64,000 nucleotides of DNA from an uncultured Pseudomonadota bacterium (GCA_963712795.1 CAVQJH010000015.1:577543-641542), one strand, 5' to 3'; positions 9,901-17,884 are shown, counted from the stretch's first letter. Notes: generated by a model not told the origin, from the letters alone. Numbers and translations: made by a program.

Positions 9901-11591
9901 TCGGCGGCAATGACGTGACGGTAACCAATACGATCGCCACCACCGTCGCGGGCGCCAACACGACGGGCAGTCTGACCCTCGATTCCGGCGGGGCGGTGGC
10001 CCAAGCCGGTGCCCTCGTTGTCACGGGGACGACGTCTGTCAACGCTGGCACGAACGACATCACACTAGCGAATTCGTCCAATGCCTTGAGTGGTGCGGTC
10101 ACGATGACCGGCGGGGCGGTGTCGCTGGCGAACGCGGATGCGACGACATTCGCCGGCGCCACCAGCGTCAGCAGTCTGACGCTCGCTGCCGGCGGCGCAG
10201 TGAGTGAAACGGGAACATTGAGCGTTGCCACCACGACGTCGGTCAACGCGGGCACGAACGACATCAGCCTGGCGCAGGCCAACACCTTCGGTGGCAACGT
10301 GGCCTTCGGCGGTCACAATGTGTCGCTGGCCAGCGGCAGTGGCGACCTGATGAGCTCGGGCAGCGCGAGCGGGAATCTGACCGAGACGAGCGCCGGCGCG
10401 ATCACCCAGGGCGGGACGTTGAACGTCACGGGCAAGTCGACACTCACGGCGAATGGCGGGACGGGTGGCATCGCGCTGGGGAATGCAGGCAATACCTTCG
10501 CCGGTCCGGTCACTCTCAGTGGCGCAGCAGTGACGCTGGCGAACGCCGGCGCGATGACTCTCGCTGGCGCAAGCAAGGCGGCCAGCTTGACGCTCGACGC
10601 CGGCGGCGCGGTGACCTTCGGGGCCGCGAGCACCGACAGCACGACCGTGACGAACAACCTGATCGTGCAGGGAGTCAGCGGCAGCGGGGCGGCCGGCGGC
10701 GCAGTGAGCGAGGTCGGCAAACTCAACGTCGGCGGCACGACATCGATCGATGCCGGCAGCAACGACATCAATCTCAACCAGGTAAACACCTTCGGCGGCG
10801 GCGTGACCTTCGCCGGTCGCAACGTGGTGCTGACCGCCGGCGCGGGCGGTCTGACGAGCTCGGGTACGGCGAGTGGCACCTTGACCGAGATCGCCAAGGG
10901 TTCCTCTTCGGACCTGAACATCGGCAGCCTCAGTGCGGGGGGCCATACCCTGCTCATCGCCGGAGACAGCATTCTTGGCACGAGCGCGCAGGCGACCGTC
11001 ACCGCGAACAACGTGGAGGTGCGGTACGGCCTGGAGAATTCGAATGGCCAGCTCGGTAGCACCACCGCGGGTCAGCAGGTCGGATTCGTGGCGGCCGGAT
11101 CCCCGGGCGTGCAGCTGACCTTGTGGCTACCCGCGCCCGGCACCCAGTTCCAGAGCACGGATCTTCGCCAGACCGCGTCTGATTTGACCATCACCAGACA
11201 CCCCTTCGCGGCGGGAGAGCAGGAGATCCTGTACTCGGCGCCGTTCGGCGTGTCCCCGGGGCAGGTCACGGGCACTTTGGCCGCCATCCAATCCACGCTG
11301 CAGGGCACCGCCACTCAGTCGGCGGGGGTGGCGCAGGGCGCGGCCACTCAGGGGACCCAGAGCGTGCTCATCATCGACTGGGGCTCGTACAACCCGAACG
11401 TGAGCCTCTTCGGCACGCTCAATCCGGCGGTATGCCTGCCCGCCGATCAGCGTGACGAAAGCGTGGGTTCCGGCTCGGGGTGCGCCGCGGCCAGTGCTTC
11501 GGTCCTGAAGACTCCCACGCCGGCCCTGGTGGCCATGGTGCCGACGCAGGAAGGATGGAAGCCGATGCAGCTGTACTACCTGGCGCGCTGA
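3942..11591 (+). CDS. giant TpsA exoprotein (filamentous hemagglutinin/ShlA-like), 2549 aa, with N-terminal TPS secretion domain and long tandem-repeat beta-helix-like body
   Basis: Extended signal peptide. TPS domain: NPIGGAVVSGQGSISSPNATTTLINQQSNQLTLNWSSFNIASGQTVRFVQPSSSSVALNNILSQSPSQIFGELDANGRVVLINPNGILFGRSAQLNVGSLIASSLEL. The body is G/A/T/S/N-rich and highly repetitive. The C-terminal ~250 aa are unique, with no VENN/CDI-like motif recognised. Confidence 0.85.
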   Translation: MNNDAIRQFVRRELRAVTLGVATAIGIGGGLPAAIANPIGGAVVSGQGSISSPNATTTLINQQSNQLTLNWSSFNIASGQTVRFVQPSSSSVALNNILSQSPSQIFGELDANGRVVLINPNGILFGRSAQLNVGSLIASSLELKEYDPATGRLSFQSLSGHAGVIDNEGTITAARGGSVALLGGTVLNNGLVVADYGTVAMGAGDVATLDFYGGGLLRLQVSGDAKSNPSGAAAAVQNSGRIQANGGQVLLTAGATQGVFASAVDNSGVIRAGRIQNVGGVIELLGTDGAATNSGTLDASGADAASTGGTVTVTGNSVSLTAAAKINVSGAAGGGNAYIGGGLHGADSSVPNASSTSVASGATVDADATRAGNGGTIAVWSDGTTTAQGSFSANAGSAGGNGGMIETSGHVLNATGATVRAAAPAGDPGLWLLDPYNVAIDHGSGTSISGGNNGTNTTVFDGDINAALKGTGTGDGTDVTIETSQPAASSPTATGAITFGSGVVITNADNVTHTLTLDADTSIDLTATTAPSITSGTGALNLVLTANANGEAQTASTAGVTLAGTITVNDLTVTASGPISQTGGTIKASGNLSETAGGAISQGAAAGIQLTGTAGTNTATFTVKGGTFDVNLDGAANDFNDEATTIAASGTGAAVQNVDVVDTNATFVPLTLPGTLTSLVLSDANAPIALAAQTLTGVGAGNNLAGGTTTLDVTAGGAITQSGALVVTGTTALNADAGTTPAAITLSNASNTFSGNVAFTGTAVTLQSAGALSSSGSASGNLSETAGGTISEGTAGIQLGGTAGTNTATFTVTGGTFDVNLGNAANDFNDEATTIAATGTGAAVVNVSLADTNATFVPLTLPASLTSLVLSDPNAAIGLAAQTLTGVGAGNNLAGGTATLAVTAGGAITQSGALAVAGTTTLNADAGTANGAITLTNVGNAFNGSITATGGVVSLANTLSTTLAGADTASNLTLDSGGAVTFGTASTDSTILSGALVVQGLSGGAAGGTVSQVGKLSVGTTSNIDTGANAITLGNSANTFGGNVSFNGAAVTLAADANGLSSSGIASGNLSETTAGDIAEGSAGIQLTGTAGTNTATFTVSGTTHNVNLSSVANNFNDEATTITASGAGAAVGNIAVTDLNTTFVPLTLPKPLASLVLNDSSAPIVLAAATLTGVGAGTNLAGGTTTLDVTAGGAITQSGAVSVTGTTALNANAGTGAITLNNAANAFSGNVGFAGGAVTLASSGSLSTSGIASGNLSETAGGTIGEGAAGIQLGGTAGTNTATFTVTGGTHDVNLGNAANNFKGEATTVTATGGGAVGNVSVADTNAAFVPLTLDGPLTSLVLSDHNAPITLGPVVLAGVGAGTNLAGGTTTLDVTAGGAITQSGAVAVTGTTALNAGGGGAITLNDPSNSFSGNVAFTGGAVALQSAGALSSSGTATGNLSETAGGTISEGAAGIRLTGAAGADTATFTVTGGTQDVNLGSAANNFNDDPTMIAASGGAVGNVAVADTNATFVPLTLSGTLTSLVLSDPNAPITLAPATLTGVGAGTNLAGGTTTLAVTAGGPITQSGALVVSGTSALIASSGTGDITLSNAANVFNGGITVRGNNVAVANAAGTTIAGASTAGSLTLDTGGAVAFGTVSTDSTTVTNGLIVQGVGGSGPTGGPVSQVGKLVVGGTTSIDAGPNDITLSNSANALTGAVTFTGGAVTLANADATTLAGADSAGSLTLDAGGAVTFGAVSTDSTTVANGLIVQGVGGSGAAGGAVGQVGTLAVGGTSNINAGGNAITLGNPANNFGGNVGFAGSTVALASVGPLSSSGSARGNLAETAGGTIGEGAAGIQLTGTAGTNTATFTVAGVTADVNLGSAANNFNGEATRIAASGAGGIIGNISVADTNTTFVPLTLPAATLTSLVLSDPHAPITLAPETLTGVGAGTNLAGGTTTLAVTAGGAITQSGALVVDGTSALNTTGNITLSNAANTFNGGIALGGNDVTVTNTIATTVAGANTTGSLTLDSGGAVAQAGALVVTGTTSVNAGTNDITLANSSNALSGAVTMTGGAVSLANADATTFAGATSVSSLTLAAGGAVSETGTLSVATTTSVNAGTNDISLAQANTFGGNVAFGGHNVSLASGSGDLMSSGSASGNLTETSAGAITQGGTLNVTGKSTLTANGGTGGIALGNAGNTFAGPVTLSGAAVTLANAGAMTLAGASKAASLTLDAGGAVTFGAASTDSTTVTNNLIVQGVSGSGAAGGAVSEVGKLNVGGTTSIDAGSNDINLNQVNTFGGGVTFAGRNVVLTAGAGGLTSSGTASGTLTEIAKGSSSDLNIGSLSAGGHTLLIAGDSILGTSAQATVTANNVEVRYGLENSNGQLGSTTAGQQVGFVAAGSPGVQLTLWLPAPGTQFQSTDLRQTASDLTITRHPFAAGEQEILYSAPFGVSPGQVTGTLAAIQSTLQGTATQSAGVAQGAATQGTQSVLIIDWGSYNPNVSLFGTLNPAVCLPADQRDESVGSGSGCAAASASVLKTPTPALVAMVPTQEGWKPMQLYYLAR
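5700..10900 (+). repeat. intragenic tandem repeat array inside tpsA: ~560-nt (~190-aa) modules, each beginning SGNLSETAGG…GIQLTGTAGTNTATFTV…, interleaved with a second module type (…LTLD(S/A)GGAVTFG(T/A)(V/A)STDSTTV…)
   Basis: Near-identical DNA seeds (gcgagcggcaatctgagcgagac[cg]gccgg…) recur at ~5706, 6272, 7140, 7700, 8258, 9410, 10370 and 10868. Spacings are 558-566 nt, or 868/1150 nt where the second module type is inserted. Confidence 0.8.
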
Positions 11592-12193
11592 TCGTCGATC
11601 TCCCGATGCAGCCATGCCCGGGCGGTCGCCCAGTCGCGTTTGACCGTGGCTTCTGAAACGCCGAGTGCTTCGGATGTCTCGCGAATGGAGAGGCCGCCGA
11701 AGTACCGCAGCTCCACTACCCGGGCCTGCTGGAGATCGAGCGCGGCAAGGCGGCTCAGCGCCTCATCCACGGCGAGCACGTCGCTCTCGCCTGGCTCGGT
11801 AGCGGCGAGGTTCTCCGCCAGCGTGATCCGGCAGCCCCCGTCGCGCTTCTTGGCCAGCCGGGTGCGGGCATGGTCGACCAGGATCTGCCGCATCAGATGT
11901 GAGGTCAGGGCGACGAAATGGCTGCGGTCGCTCACCTCCGCCGCACCCTGGTCCACCAGCCGCAGGTATGCCTCATTGATGAGGGCGGTGGTCTGCAGGG
12001 TGTGATCCGCCCGTTCCCGGCGCAGATGGCGCTGCGCGATGCGCCGCAGTTCCTCGTACACGAGGGGCAGGAGACGGCGCAGCGCGTCATCGTCTCCGGA
12101 GCGCCAAAGCCGGAAGAGCTCGCCGGGAGAGGGGGCCGGAGAGGAGGGCATCAGTCCTATGGTACGGCGCATTCCGGCTCGGCGGCCGGGCAT
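11576..12193 (-). CDS. ECF-family RNA polymerase sigma-70 factor (Ser/Thr-kinase-associated ECF type)
   Basis: Sigma2 and sigma4 regions: LVYEELRRIAQRHLRRERADHTLQTTALINEAYLRLVD … LDLQQARVVELRYFGGLSIRETSEALGVSEATVKRDWATARAWL. The start may be 12193 or an internal Met (12172/12151). The 3' end overlaps the tpsA stop by 16 nt, convergent. Confidence 0.8.
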   Translation of the reverse strand: MPGRRAGMRRTIGLMPSSPAPSPGELFRLWRSGDDDALRRLLPLVYEELRRIAQRHLRRERADHTLQTTALINEAYLRLVDQGAAEVSDRSHFVALTSHLMRQILVDHARTRLAKKRDGGCRITLAENLAATEPGESDVLAVDEALSRLAALDLQQARVVELRYFGGLSIRETSEALGVSEATVKRDWATARAWLHREIDDQRAR

Positions 12194-12216
12194 CCGGTCT
12201 CATTTCGTGGGGGGCC

Positions 12217-12822
12217 GTGAGCCTTTTTCGACCCGGATTCCGCTTTACCTCTTTTATGGAGCTCAAGGTCATCATCAATCCGTTGGACGGCGCCGGCCCG
12301 GGCAAGCGGTTACTGTCCAACCTGTTTTACGGTTGCGGCTACAACTTCTACCGCTGCGAGAGACAGCTGCGTGCCGACGACCTGTTGATCCGCGAGAAGC
12401 TGCGCCAGCTTCTGGAGGACTGCCGCTCGCACCTGGGCGCGCTCGAGACGGCCTTTCGGCGTGCGCATCGCGCGCAGCCGGATCGAGACTACGCCTTTCT
12501 GAGCCCGGCCGCCCTCGCCACGGCGCAGACTCTGCTGCACGCCCGGCGCGAACTCGAGGCGATGGACACGGCAATCCACAGCGCTGCGATGCCGGAGACC
12601 AGCCGCATCCACCAGCGCCAGCGAGAGGAGCGCGGCACCCTCGAGAGGCTCGTGGCGGTGGACGGCGAGGTGCTGCTCGCGCTGGTCACGCTGCGCGATG
12701 CGATAGCCAGATTGGACGACGGAGCCGCGGCCGCGACCATGATGGACGAGCTCCTGCGCGCCAGCGATTTCAGCGCGCTCTGGAACCGGCGCGCGGTCCT
12801 GCTGTCGGGCCAGTCAGGGTGA
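12217..12822 (+). CDS. hypothetical protein (alternative start 12256, MELKVIINPLDGAG…)
   Basis: 201-aa ORF with strong GC3 bias and non-repetitive composition, between the ECF sigma and kinase genes. Minus-strand alternatives here are Arg-rich junk. No family recognised. Confidence 0.35.
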   Translation: MSLFRPGFRFTSFMELKVIINPLDGAGPGKRLLSNLFYGCGYNFYRCERQLRADDLLIREKLRQLLEDCRSHLGALETAFRRAHRAQPDRDYAFLSPAALATAQTLLHARRELEAMDTAIHSAAMPETSRIHQRQREERGTLERLVAVDGEVLLALVTLRDAIARLDDGAAAATMMDELLRASDFSALWNRRAVLLSGQSG

Positions 12823-15690
12823 TCACCCGAGGATTCTTCGCAAGCGATTCAGCGTGACGCGCGCCGGATGCGTCGGCGCCAGGCCCGCATCCACGATGGC
12901 GCCGGACTCCGCGATCAGAGCCCGCGCTTCGGCGCGCCGGCCGAGGGAGGCGAGGCTGGCGGCGAGCTCGACTTTCGCCGCCGCGATGCTGGGCCCGTCC
13001 GGGGCATACCGGCTGTTGGCATAGCCGGCGATGGCGCGCCGATAGAGTGGCACGGCCTCGGCGAAGCGGCGCGCCCGCGCCAGCAGCAGCGCCTTGCCCT
13101 CGTAGGCCATGCTCAGCGCGGCGCTGTGGGGCAGCGAGTGCGCCTCCAGATAGGCGATGGCGCGGTCGTAGGCTCGCTCTGCCTGCCCGTTCGACCCCGC
13201 CTCGCGATAAGTGTCGCCCAGCCAGAGCAAGCGCAGACCCTCGAAGCTGCTGGTCACTACCGAGCGTGGGTCGCCGGGCATCGGTTGGGAGAGTAGCTCG
13301 AGCGCCCGCTGGGTCTCGCCGACGAACGCCAACGGATGGGCCAGCCTGAATGCGAAGAGGGCAGCCGATTGCGGCGTATGGCCATCCATCTGCTGGTAAG
13401 TACGATAGCCCTCCCGCGCAGCGGCGGCCGCGCCGTGGTAATCGCCGTACATCCAGAGCACCTGACTCAAGGCAAACAGCGAGCCGACGTATTCGTCGCG
13501 GTGCACGCTCGCCTGCGCACGATAGTCATCGACGGAGCGCTTGAACCACAATATCGACTCGTGCAGGCGGTTGCGGCGAAACAGAACGTCTCCGAGACTC
13601 AACTCGGTGTCGATGTATCGGTCGCTGGCGCGCCCGAAGATGCGCTCGTAACCGCCGAGGACCTGCTGCCAGGCCTGCGTGGCATCATCGAAGCGGCCCG
13701 CCTCCTGGGCTACCTCGGCATAGTCATTGAGCGCATCGAAATAGCGCACGTCCCCGCTGTTGACGTGGGCACTGATGAGCGCCACACGCAGCCGCGCCAG
13801 TGCAAGCGCATCGCTCCACCGCTGCGCCTGAGCAAAGGCGATGGCCAGTTTGCCGAGGGTGGTTGCGGAGGCCACCGTGTCCTCCCCCTGCGGGCCGCGC
13901 TCGAGAGCGCGCGCCCGCTGCAGGGCGGCGATGGCTCGCAGCGGCTCTGTCGCCAGGTAGGCCTTGCCGATCGCGTTCCAGACGGCCGCCACTGCCAGAG
14001 GATCGGCAGGCTGTTGGGCTTGGAGCACCGCCAGGGCGTGCCGCAGCAGCACGAGGGCTTGGGTCGTACGTCCGGCATCGTTGTACGCGTTTGCGAGACG
14101 GTATTCCGTCCGGGCCCGCAGCAGCGGGTCGCCTGCGGACCCGGCGATGCTCTCGATGCGCAGCGCCTGCTGCAGGTCCCGCTCGCAGGGTTTGGACTGT
14201 CCGATCTCGCACTGCAGCGCCCCGACGGTGGAGAGTATCCGGGCACGCAGCGCCGGCCGGCTCGAGAGCTGCGGATCGATCTGGTCCTGTGCCTGCGCCA
14301 CCAGGGTCCGAACGTCGAGCGCCTGGCCGCCGGTCTTCTCGGGACTGGCCTCCTCGAACAATGACACGAGGTAGTCGCTCACCTTCTGTGACGCGCTCGC
14401 CTCGTCCTCGGCTCGGGCCAGCGCTGCGCGCGCGATGAAGGTCGCCCGGGCAGTCATGACGATACCGGCGATCAGCGCCAGCGCCGTCACCGCCGTCACG
14501 CCGACACCGACCTTGTGCCGCCTCACGAACATCGAGGCGCGATAACCCAACGTCGGCCTGCGGGCCGCCACGGTCCGGTGTCCGAGGTACCGCCGGATGT
14601 CCTCCGCGAGCCGGTCCACGGTCAGGTAGCGCCGCTCCGGCTCCTGGCGCAGCGCCATCAGCACGACGTTGTCGAGATCGCCACGCAGGCGGCGACTCAA
14701 CCTTTCGGGCGAGTCTTGACGGGCGGTGCTCGTCACATCTCTTCCGCGGACTACGACGCTTGGTCTCGTCGGTGCCGGACGGGAAATTCCTCGCGGCGCA
14801 GACTGCATCACGTTACCGCGGCCGCTGTAGGGTTTGATCCCGGTCAGCAGCTCGTAGAGAACGACGCCGAGGGAGTAGACGTCGCTCGCCGCCGTCACCG
14901 GCTCGCCCTTGAGCTGCTCCGGGCTCGCGTAGTCCGGTGTCAACAGCCTGACCGCATTGATGGTGAGGTCCGTACGCACGGGGATCGAGCCCGGCTCGAG
15001 GATCTTGGCGATGCCGAAGTCGAGGAGCTTCGGCGTCCCCTCAGCGGTCACCAGGATGTTGCTGGGCTTCAGATCCCGGTGGATCACCGCGCGCTGATGC
15101 GCGTACTGCACCGCGGAGCACACGAGAAGGAACAGGCGCAGGCGCGCTTCGAGGTCGAGCTGGTGGCGATCGCAGTACTCGGTGATCGGCTGGCCCGCGA
15201 TCAATTCCATCACCAGGTACGGTATCCCTTCCTCCGTGGTGCCGCCGTCGAGCAGGCGCGCGATGTTCGGGTGCTGGAATGCGGCGAGGATCTGCCGCTC
15301 GGTACGCAACCGCTGACCGACGAACTGCGCATCGGCCCCCGCCGGTACCAGCTTTACCGCGACCTCATTCTCGTATTCCTCATCGGCGCGCACCGCCCGG
15401 TAGACCTCCCCCATGCCGCCGGCGCCGATCTCCTCCAGCAGCCGGTAGGGCCCGAGGCGGCGCCCCGCATGAGGGCTCGGGGCGGGGGGCGCCTCGAGGA
15501 CGGCCGCGGCAGGGCTCTCGAGGAAGCCGCTACCGGCATCCTGATCGGCTTCCAGGAGCGATTCGAGCTCGGCGCGAAGTGCCGGATCGCTCTTGCCGAG
15601 GCGCTCGAGATAGGCAGCGCGGTCCGCTCCGGCCAGCGCCATGGCGTCGCCTAGCGCCCCTTTCACCTCTTGCCAGCGCTCGGGTTCCAT
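12823..15690 (-). CDS. Ser/Thr protein kinase with transmembrane segment and C-terminal TPR-repeat sensor region
   Basis: N-terminal sigma-associated region, then Hanks kinase motifs: YRLLEEIGAGGMGEVYRA, VAVKLV, HRDLKPSNILV, DFGIAKI, SPEQ. A TM helix (VGVGVTAVTALALIAGIVM) is followed by ~500 aa of TPR-like repeats. The gene ends 1 nt from the adjacent ORF. Confidence 0.85.
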   Translation of the reverse strand: MEPERWQEVKGALGDAMALAGADRAAYLERLGKSDPALRAELESLLEADQDAGSGFLESPAAAVLEAPPAPSPHAGRRLGPYRLLEEIGAGGMGEVYRAVRADEEYENEVAVKLVPAGADAQFVGQRLRTERQILAAFQHPNIARLLDGGTTEEGIPYLVMELIAGQPITEYCDRHQLDLEARLRLFLLVCSAVQYAHQRAVIHRDLKPSNILVTAEGTPKLLDFGIAKILEPGSIPVRTDLTINAVRLLTPDYASPEQLKGEPVTAASDVYSLGVVLYELLTGIKPYSGRGNVMQSAPRGISRPAPTRPSVVVRGRDVTSTARQDSPERLSRRLRGDLDNVVLMALRQEPERRYLTVDRLAEDIRRYLGHRTVAARRPTLGYRASMFVRRHKVGVGVTAVTALALIAGIVMTARATFIARAALARAEDEASASQKVSDYLVSLFEEASPEKTGGQALDVRTLVAQAQDQIDPQLSSRPALRARILSTVGALQCEIGQSKPCERDLQQALRIESIAGSAGDPLLRARTEYRLANAYNDAGRTTQALVLLRHALAVLQAQQPADPLAVAAVWNAIGKAYLATEPLRAIAALQRARALERGPQGEDTVASATTLGKLAIAFAQAQRWSDALALARLRVALISAHVNSGDVRYFDALNDYAEVAQEAGRFDDATQAWQQVLGGYERIFGRASDRYIDTELSLGDVLFRRNRLHESILWFKRSVDDYRAQASVHRDEYVGSLFALSQVLWMYGDYHGAAAAAREGYRTYQQMDGHTPQSAALFAFRLAHPLAFVGETQRALELLSQPMPGDPRSVVTSSFEGLRLLWLGDTYREAGSNGQAERAYDRAIAYLEAHSLPHSAALSMAYEGKALLLARARRFAEAVPLYRRAIAGYANSRYAPDGPSIAAAKVELAASLASLGRRAEARALIAESGAIVDAGLAPTHPARVTLNRLRRILG

Positions 15691-15846
15691 AGTGTTTCGG
15701 AACGACCCCTGGGTAGGCTCGGCATTGTTCTCGGATTCTTGTTACGGCCCCCCATCTTGTCAGGAATCGGCCGGCCGGGAAAACGCAGCATCGGTTTACC
15801 CCCTAGACCCGCAGCCAGAGAGGTGTTTTTCGGTCCTGTACCGCGA

Positions 15847-16482
15847 TCATCGATCCTTGGGAGTCCCGCGCGCTCTCGTCGCCGCCTGAGCTCTCAAGGC
15901 CCGTGCTACGACCTCGAGGCCGGCGCTGGTGCGGCGCGCCTCCTCAGCCATGCGTCTGCGGAGCACCCAGGGGCCGATGACGGGTGGCACCCAGAACGCC
16001 GGCACCAGTTCGATCCTCGCGTCCAGGCACGTCGTCGCATGAGTCATGGCGCAGGCCCCGACGGTCCAGCGGGCATACCCCGCTTTAAAATCGCCGCCAT
16101 GTGGCAAGAGATCGGCCTCGAGCACGCCGCCATCCGCATTGGCGACTGCCGTCATGACCTGCTCCTGATGCATGGTCTTGCAAAAGATCAGCACACACGT
16201 GTGAACCGCGGTGAAGAGCCGCACACGACCCGGAACTCCTGTTGGTTGGACGCGGACCGCACGCAGGTCAGGGTTGTACCGCATCATGGCGGAGTAGTCC
16301 TGCAGCGCACGAAACACCGCGGGCGGCGACGCGTCAATTGCGACGTGCATGCCGATCACGAAACGCGTACCGTCACGCGTCACCTGCACGGAAAGTACTT
16401 GGGCCGCGTGCGCTTGCATCGCGAACCACGTCAGCGCCATTGCAGCGCAAAAGCCTAATTTCAGGCGTCTCAGTGCGACCAT
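15847..16482 (-). CDS. secreted hypothetical protein, possibly SRPBCC (cyclase/dehydrase-like) fold
   Basis: Signal peptide (MVALRRLKLGFCAAMALTWFAMQAHAAQV). ~180-aa mature region with an alternating beta/alpha pattern (SVQVTRDGTRFVIGMHVAIDASPPAVFRALQDY…). Family call is weak. Confidence 0.4.
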   Translation of the reverse strand: MVALRRLKLGFCAAMALTWFAMQAHAAQVLSVQVTRDGTRFVIGMHVAIDASPPAVFRALQDYSAMMRYNPDLRAVRVQPTGVPGRVRLFTAVHTCVLIFCKTMHQEQVMTAVANADGGVLEADLLPHGGDFKAGYARWTVGACAMTHATTCLDARIELVPAFWVPPVIGPWVLRRRMAEEARRTSAGLEVVARALRAQAATRARGTPKDR

Positions 16483-16619
16483 ATCCAGGTCGTACCCGGC
16501 ATCGGGCGCTGTGTCAATGCATCCCGGCCACGCATTGCCAAGGGCTGCAAATCAGTTCAAAATTCACCCCCCGCTCAGAAGCCCCGGCGAGCACTCCCCG
16601 GGGCTTCTCGTCGTCTAAT

Positions 16620-16690
16620 GGCTAGGTGGCAGAGTGGTCATGCAGCGGCCTGCAAAGCCGTCTACGCCGGTTCGATTCCGACCCTAGCCT
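16620..16690 (+). tRNA. tRNA-Cys (anticodon GCA)
   Basis: Cloverleaf by hand: acceptor GGCTAGG/CCTAGCC; anticodon stem GCGGC/GCCGT with loop CTGCAAA (anticodon GCA); T-arm GCCGG-TTCGATT-CCGAC (one C·A mismatch); discriminator U typical of tRNA-Cys. Strong similarity to bacterial tRNA-Cys (…GCAAA.CCGTCTA..CCGGTTCGA.TCCG…). CCA not encoded. Confidence 0.8.
16671..16687 (+). repeat. attL-like direct repeat: 3' end of tRNA-Cys (ttcgattccgaccctag)
   Basis: Exact 17-nt copy recurs at 20348-20364. Confidence 0.7.
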
Positions 16691-16948
16691 GATTTCGCCT
16701 TGTCCTGCGACGTACCGAGAAGATCAATGACGTCGCAAAAAGCCCGGAAAACCCTGCAAATCCCGCCTATCGGCGTCTCGAGCTGTCCATTGACAGGATA
16801 GCACAGGGTGGGGTACATGGCGGGGGTATCTCGGGAGTCAACTAACAGATACCCCACTTTCGCCATGCCAGTACTCAACGAGCTGAAAATCCGCGCCGCC
16901 AGGCCGAATGAGAGGGCTACAGGAAACTCATTCTACAGCCGAGTGCCG

Positions 16949-17884
16949 CTAAAGGCCCTTCGGAATGAACAACTTCCAATCGTCGTTGTAAGCGGGATTC
17001 TTTGTGCCGTGTGCGAGATGGAATTTGAACTGACTGACCCGAGACCGAAACGGCTCTAGGCTGTCTGCGCGGTAGCTCGCGCGTGACATCAGAAACCCAA
17101 TGGCCTGCGCGTACGGGTAGGAGTAGTTAAGTTGATCGAGGATCGAGGCCAGCGCCGGTGCCGATACACGTTCACGTGCGACCTCGAATGCATTGAGTAC
17201 CTGGTGGATACCGCCTGCGTAGGCGGGTCGAACCGTTACATCGATAAGCGTTCTTTCAAGATTTGTAGTTTTCGTGCCTAAAGCCTCTGGGTGGGTGCTC
17301 GGCTCGACACCAAGTCGACCGGTGTTCTTGCCGGCCAGAATCATCACCTTCAGGTTCCCGTTCTCGTAGGAGAGCTTTGAGTGTCGTTGCTTGCCTGCAA
17401 AGGCACGGTCAATTGCAAGCTGAGACAACGGTGAGTTGCGAGCGGGCTTGGCGCTTTGCTCTACGTTCAGATAAATCCCAGGTGGTGGCGTCTTGATGAG
17501 CCTGTGTAAATAGGCCGCAGTTCCGTGGCTGAGGTAGCCGTTTTTGCGTAGTGAGGCGGCAAGTGCAAAGGGTGAGGGTGGGCCAACGCAGTAGCGCTTC
17601 GCTTCTTTCGAGTACTCTTTGGACTCGAGGGAGACCGAGATCAGATGTTTGCGAATAACTAGGAAGTTGAGGAATGCATCGAGGGTTGTGCTTTTCGCGA
17701 GGGTCCCTTCGCGACGCAGCCGACGAAATGGTTCAGCGAGCTCGGGACGGGTGTAGATTCGGCCTGGATGCGGGCTAATTGCGGCGAGTATTCGCGTTTC
17801 GCCTCTTACCAGCTTGGTTCTAAAGGGCATGTTCAGTAACCATCTCCCAGGAAGGTATATATACCCTCCTGGAGATGGTGCCAT
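16949..17884 (-). CDS. hypothetical protein (possibly AbiEi-like wHTH regulator/antitoxin); start may be 17830 (MPFRTK…)
   Basis: 311-aa ORF in the island with lower GC and non-repetitive sequence. No catalytic motifs recognised; family assignment is a guess. Confidence 0.4.
   Translation of the reverse strand: MAPSPGGYIYLPGRWLLNMPFRTKLVRGETRILAAISPHPGRIYTRPELAEPFRRLRREGTLAKSTTLDAFLNFLVIRKHLISVSLESKEYSKEAKRYCVGPPSPFALAASLRKNGYLSHGTAAYLHRLIKTPPPGIYLNVEQSAKPARNSPLSQLAIDRAFAGKQRHSKLSYENGNLKVMILAGKNTGRLGVEPSTHPEALGTKTTNLERTLIDVTVRPAYAGGIHQVLNAFEVARERVSAPALASILDQLNYSYPYAQAIGFLMSRASYRADSLEPFRSRVSQFKFHLAHGTKNPAYNDDWKLFIPKGL

Noticed and set aside
7185-10004. 939-aa minus-strand ORF (and 6332-7174, 7979-9436, 9461-10297, 10313-11065 minus ORFs) inside tpsA
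   Set aside because: Antisense to a strongly supported TPS exoprotein. Their Arg/Ala/Pro/Val-rich low-complexity translations with no start context are artefacts of a GC-rich, stop-poor repetitive region.
14515-15654. 379-aa plus-strand ORF
   Set aside because: Antisense to the Ser/Thr kinase, which has all Hanks motifs.
16684-16878. 64-aa minus-strand ORF overlapping the tRNA-Cys 3' end
   Set aside because: Overlaps a tRNA gene and the att repeat. Short, no support.
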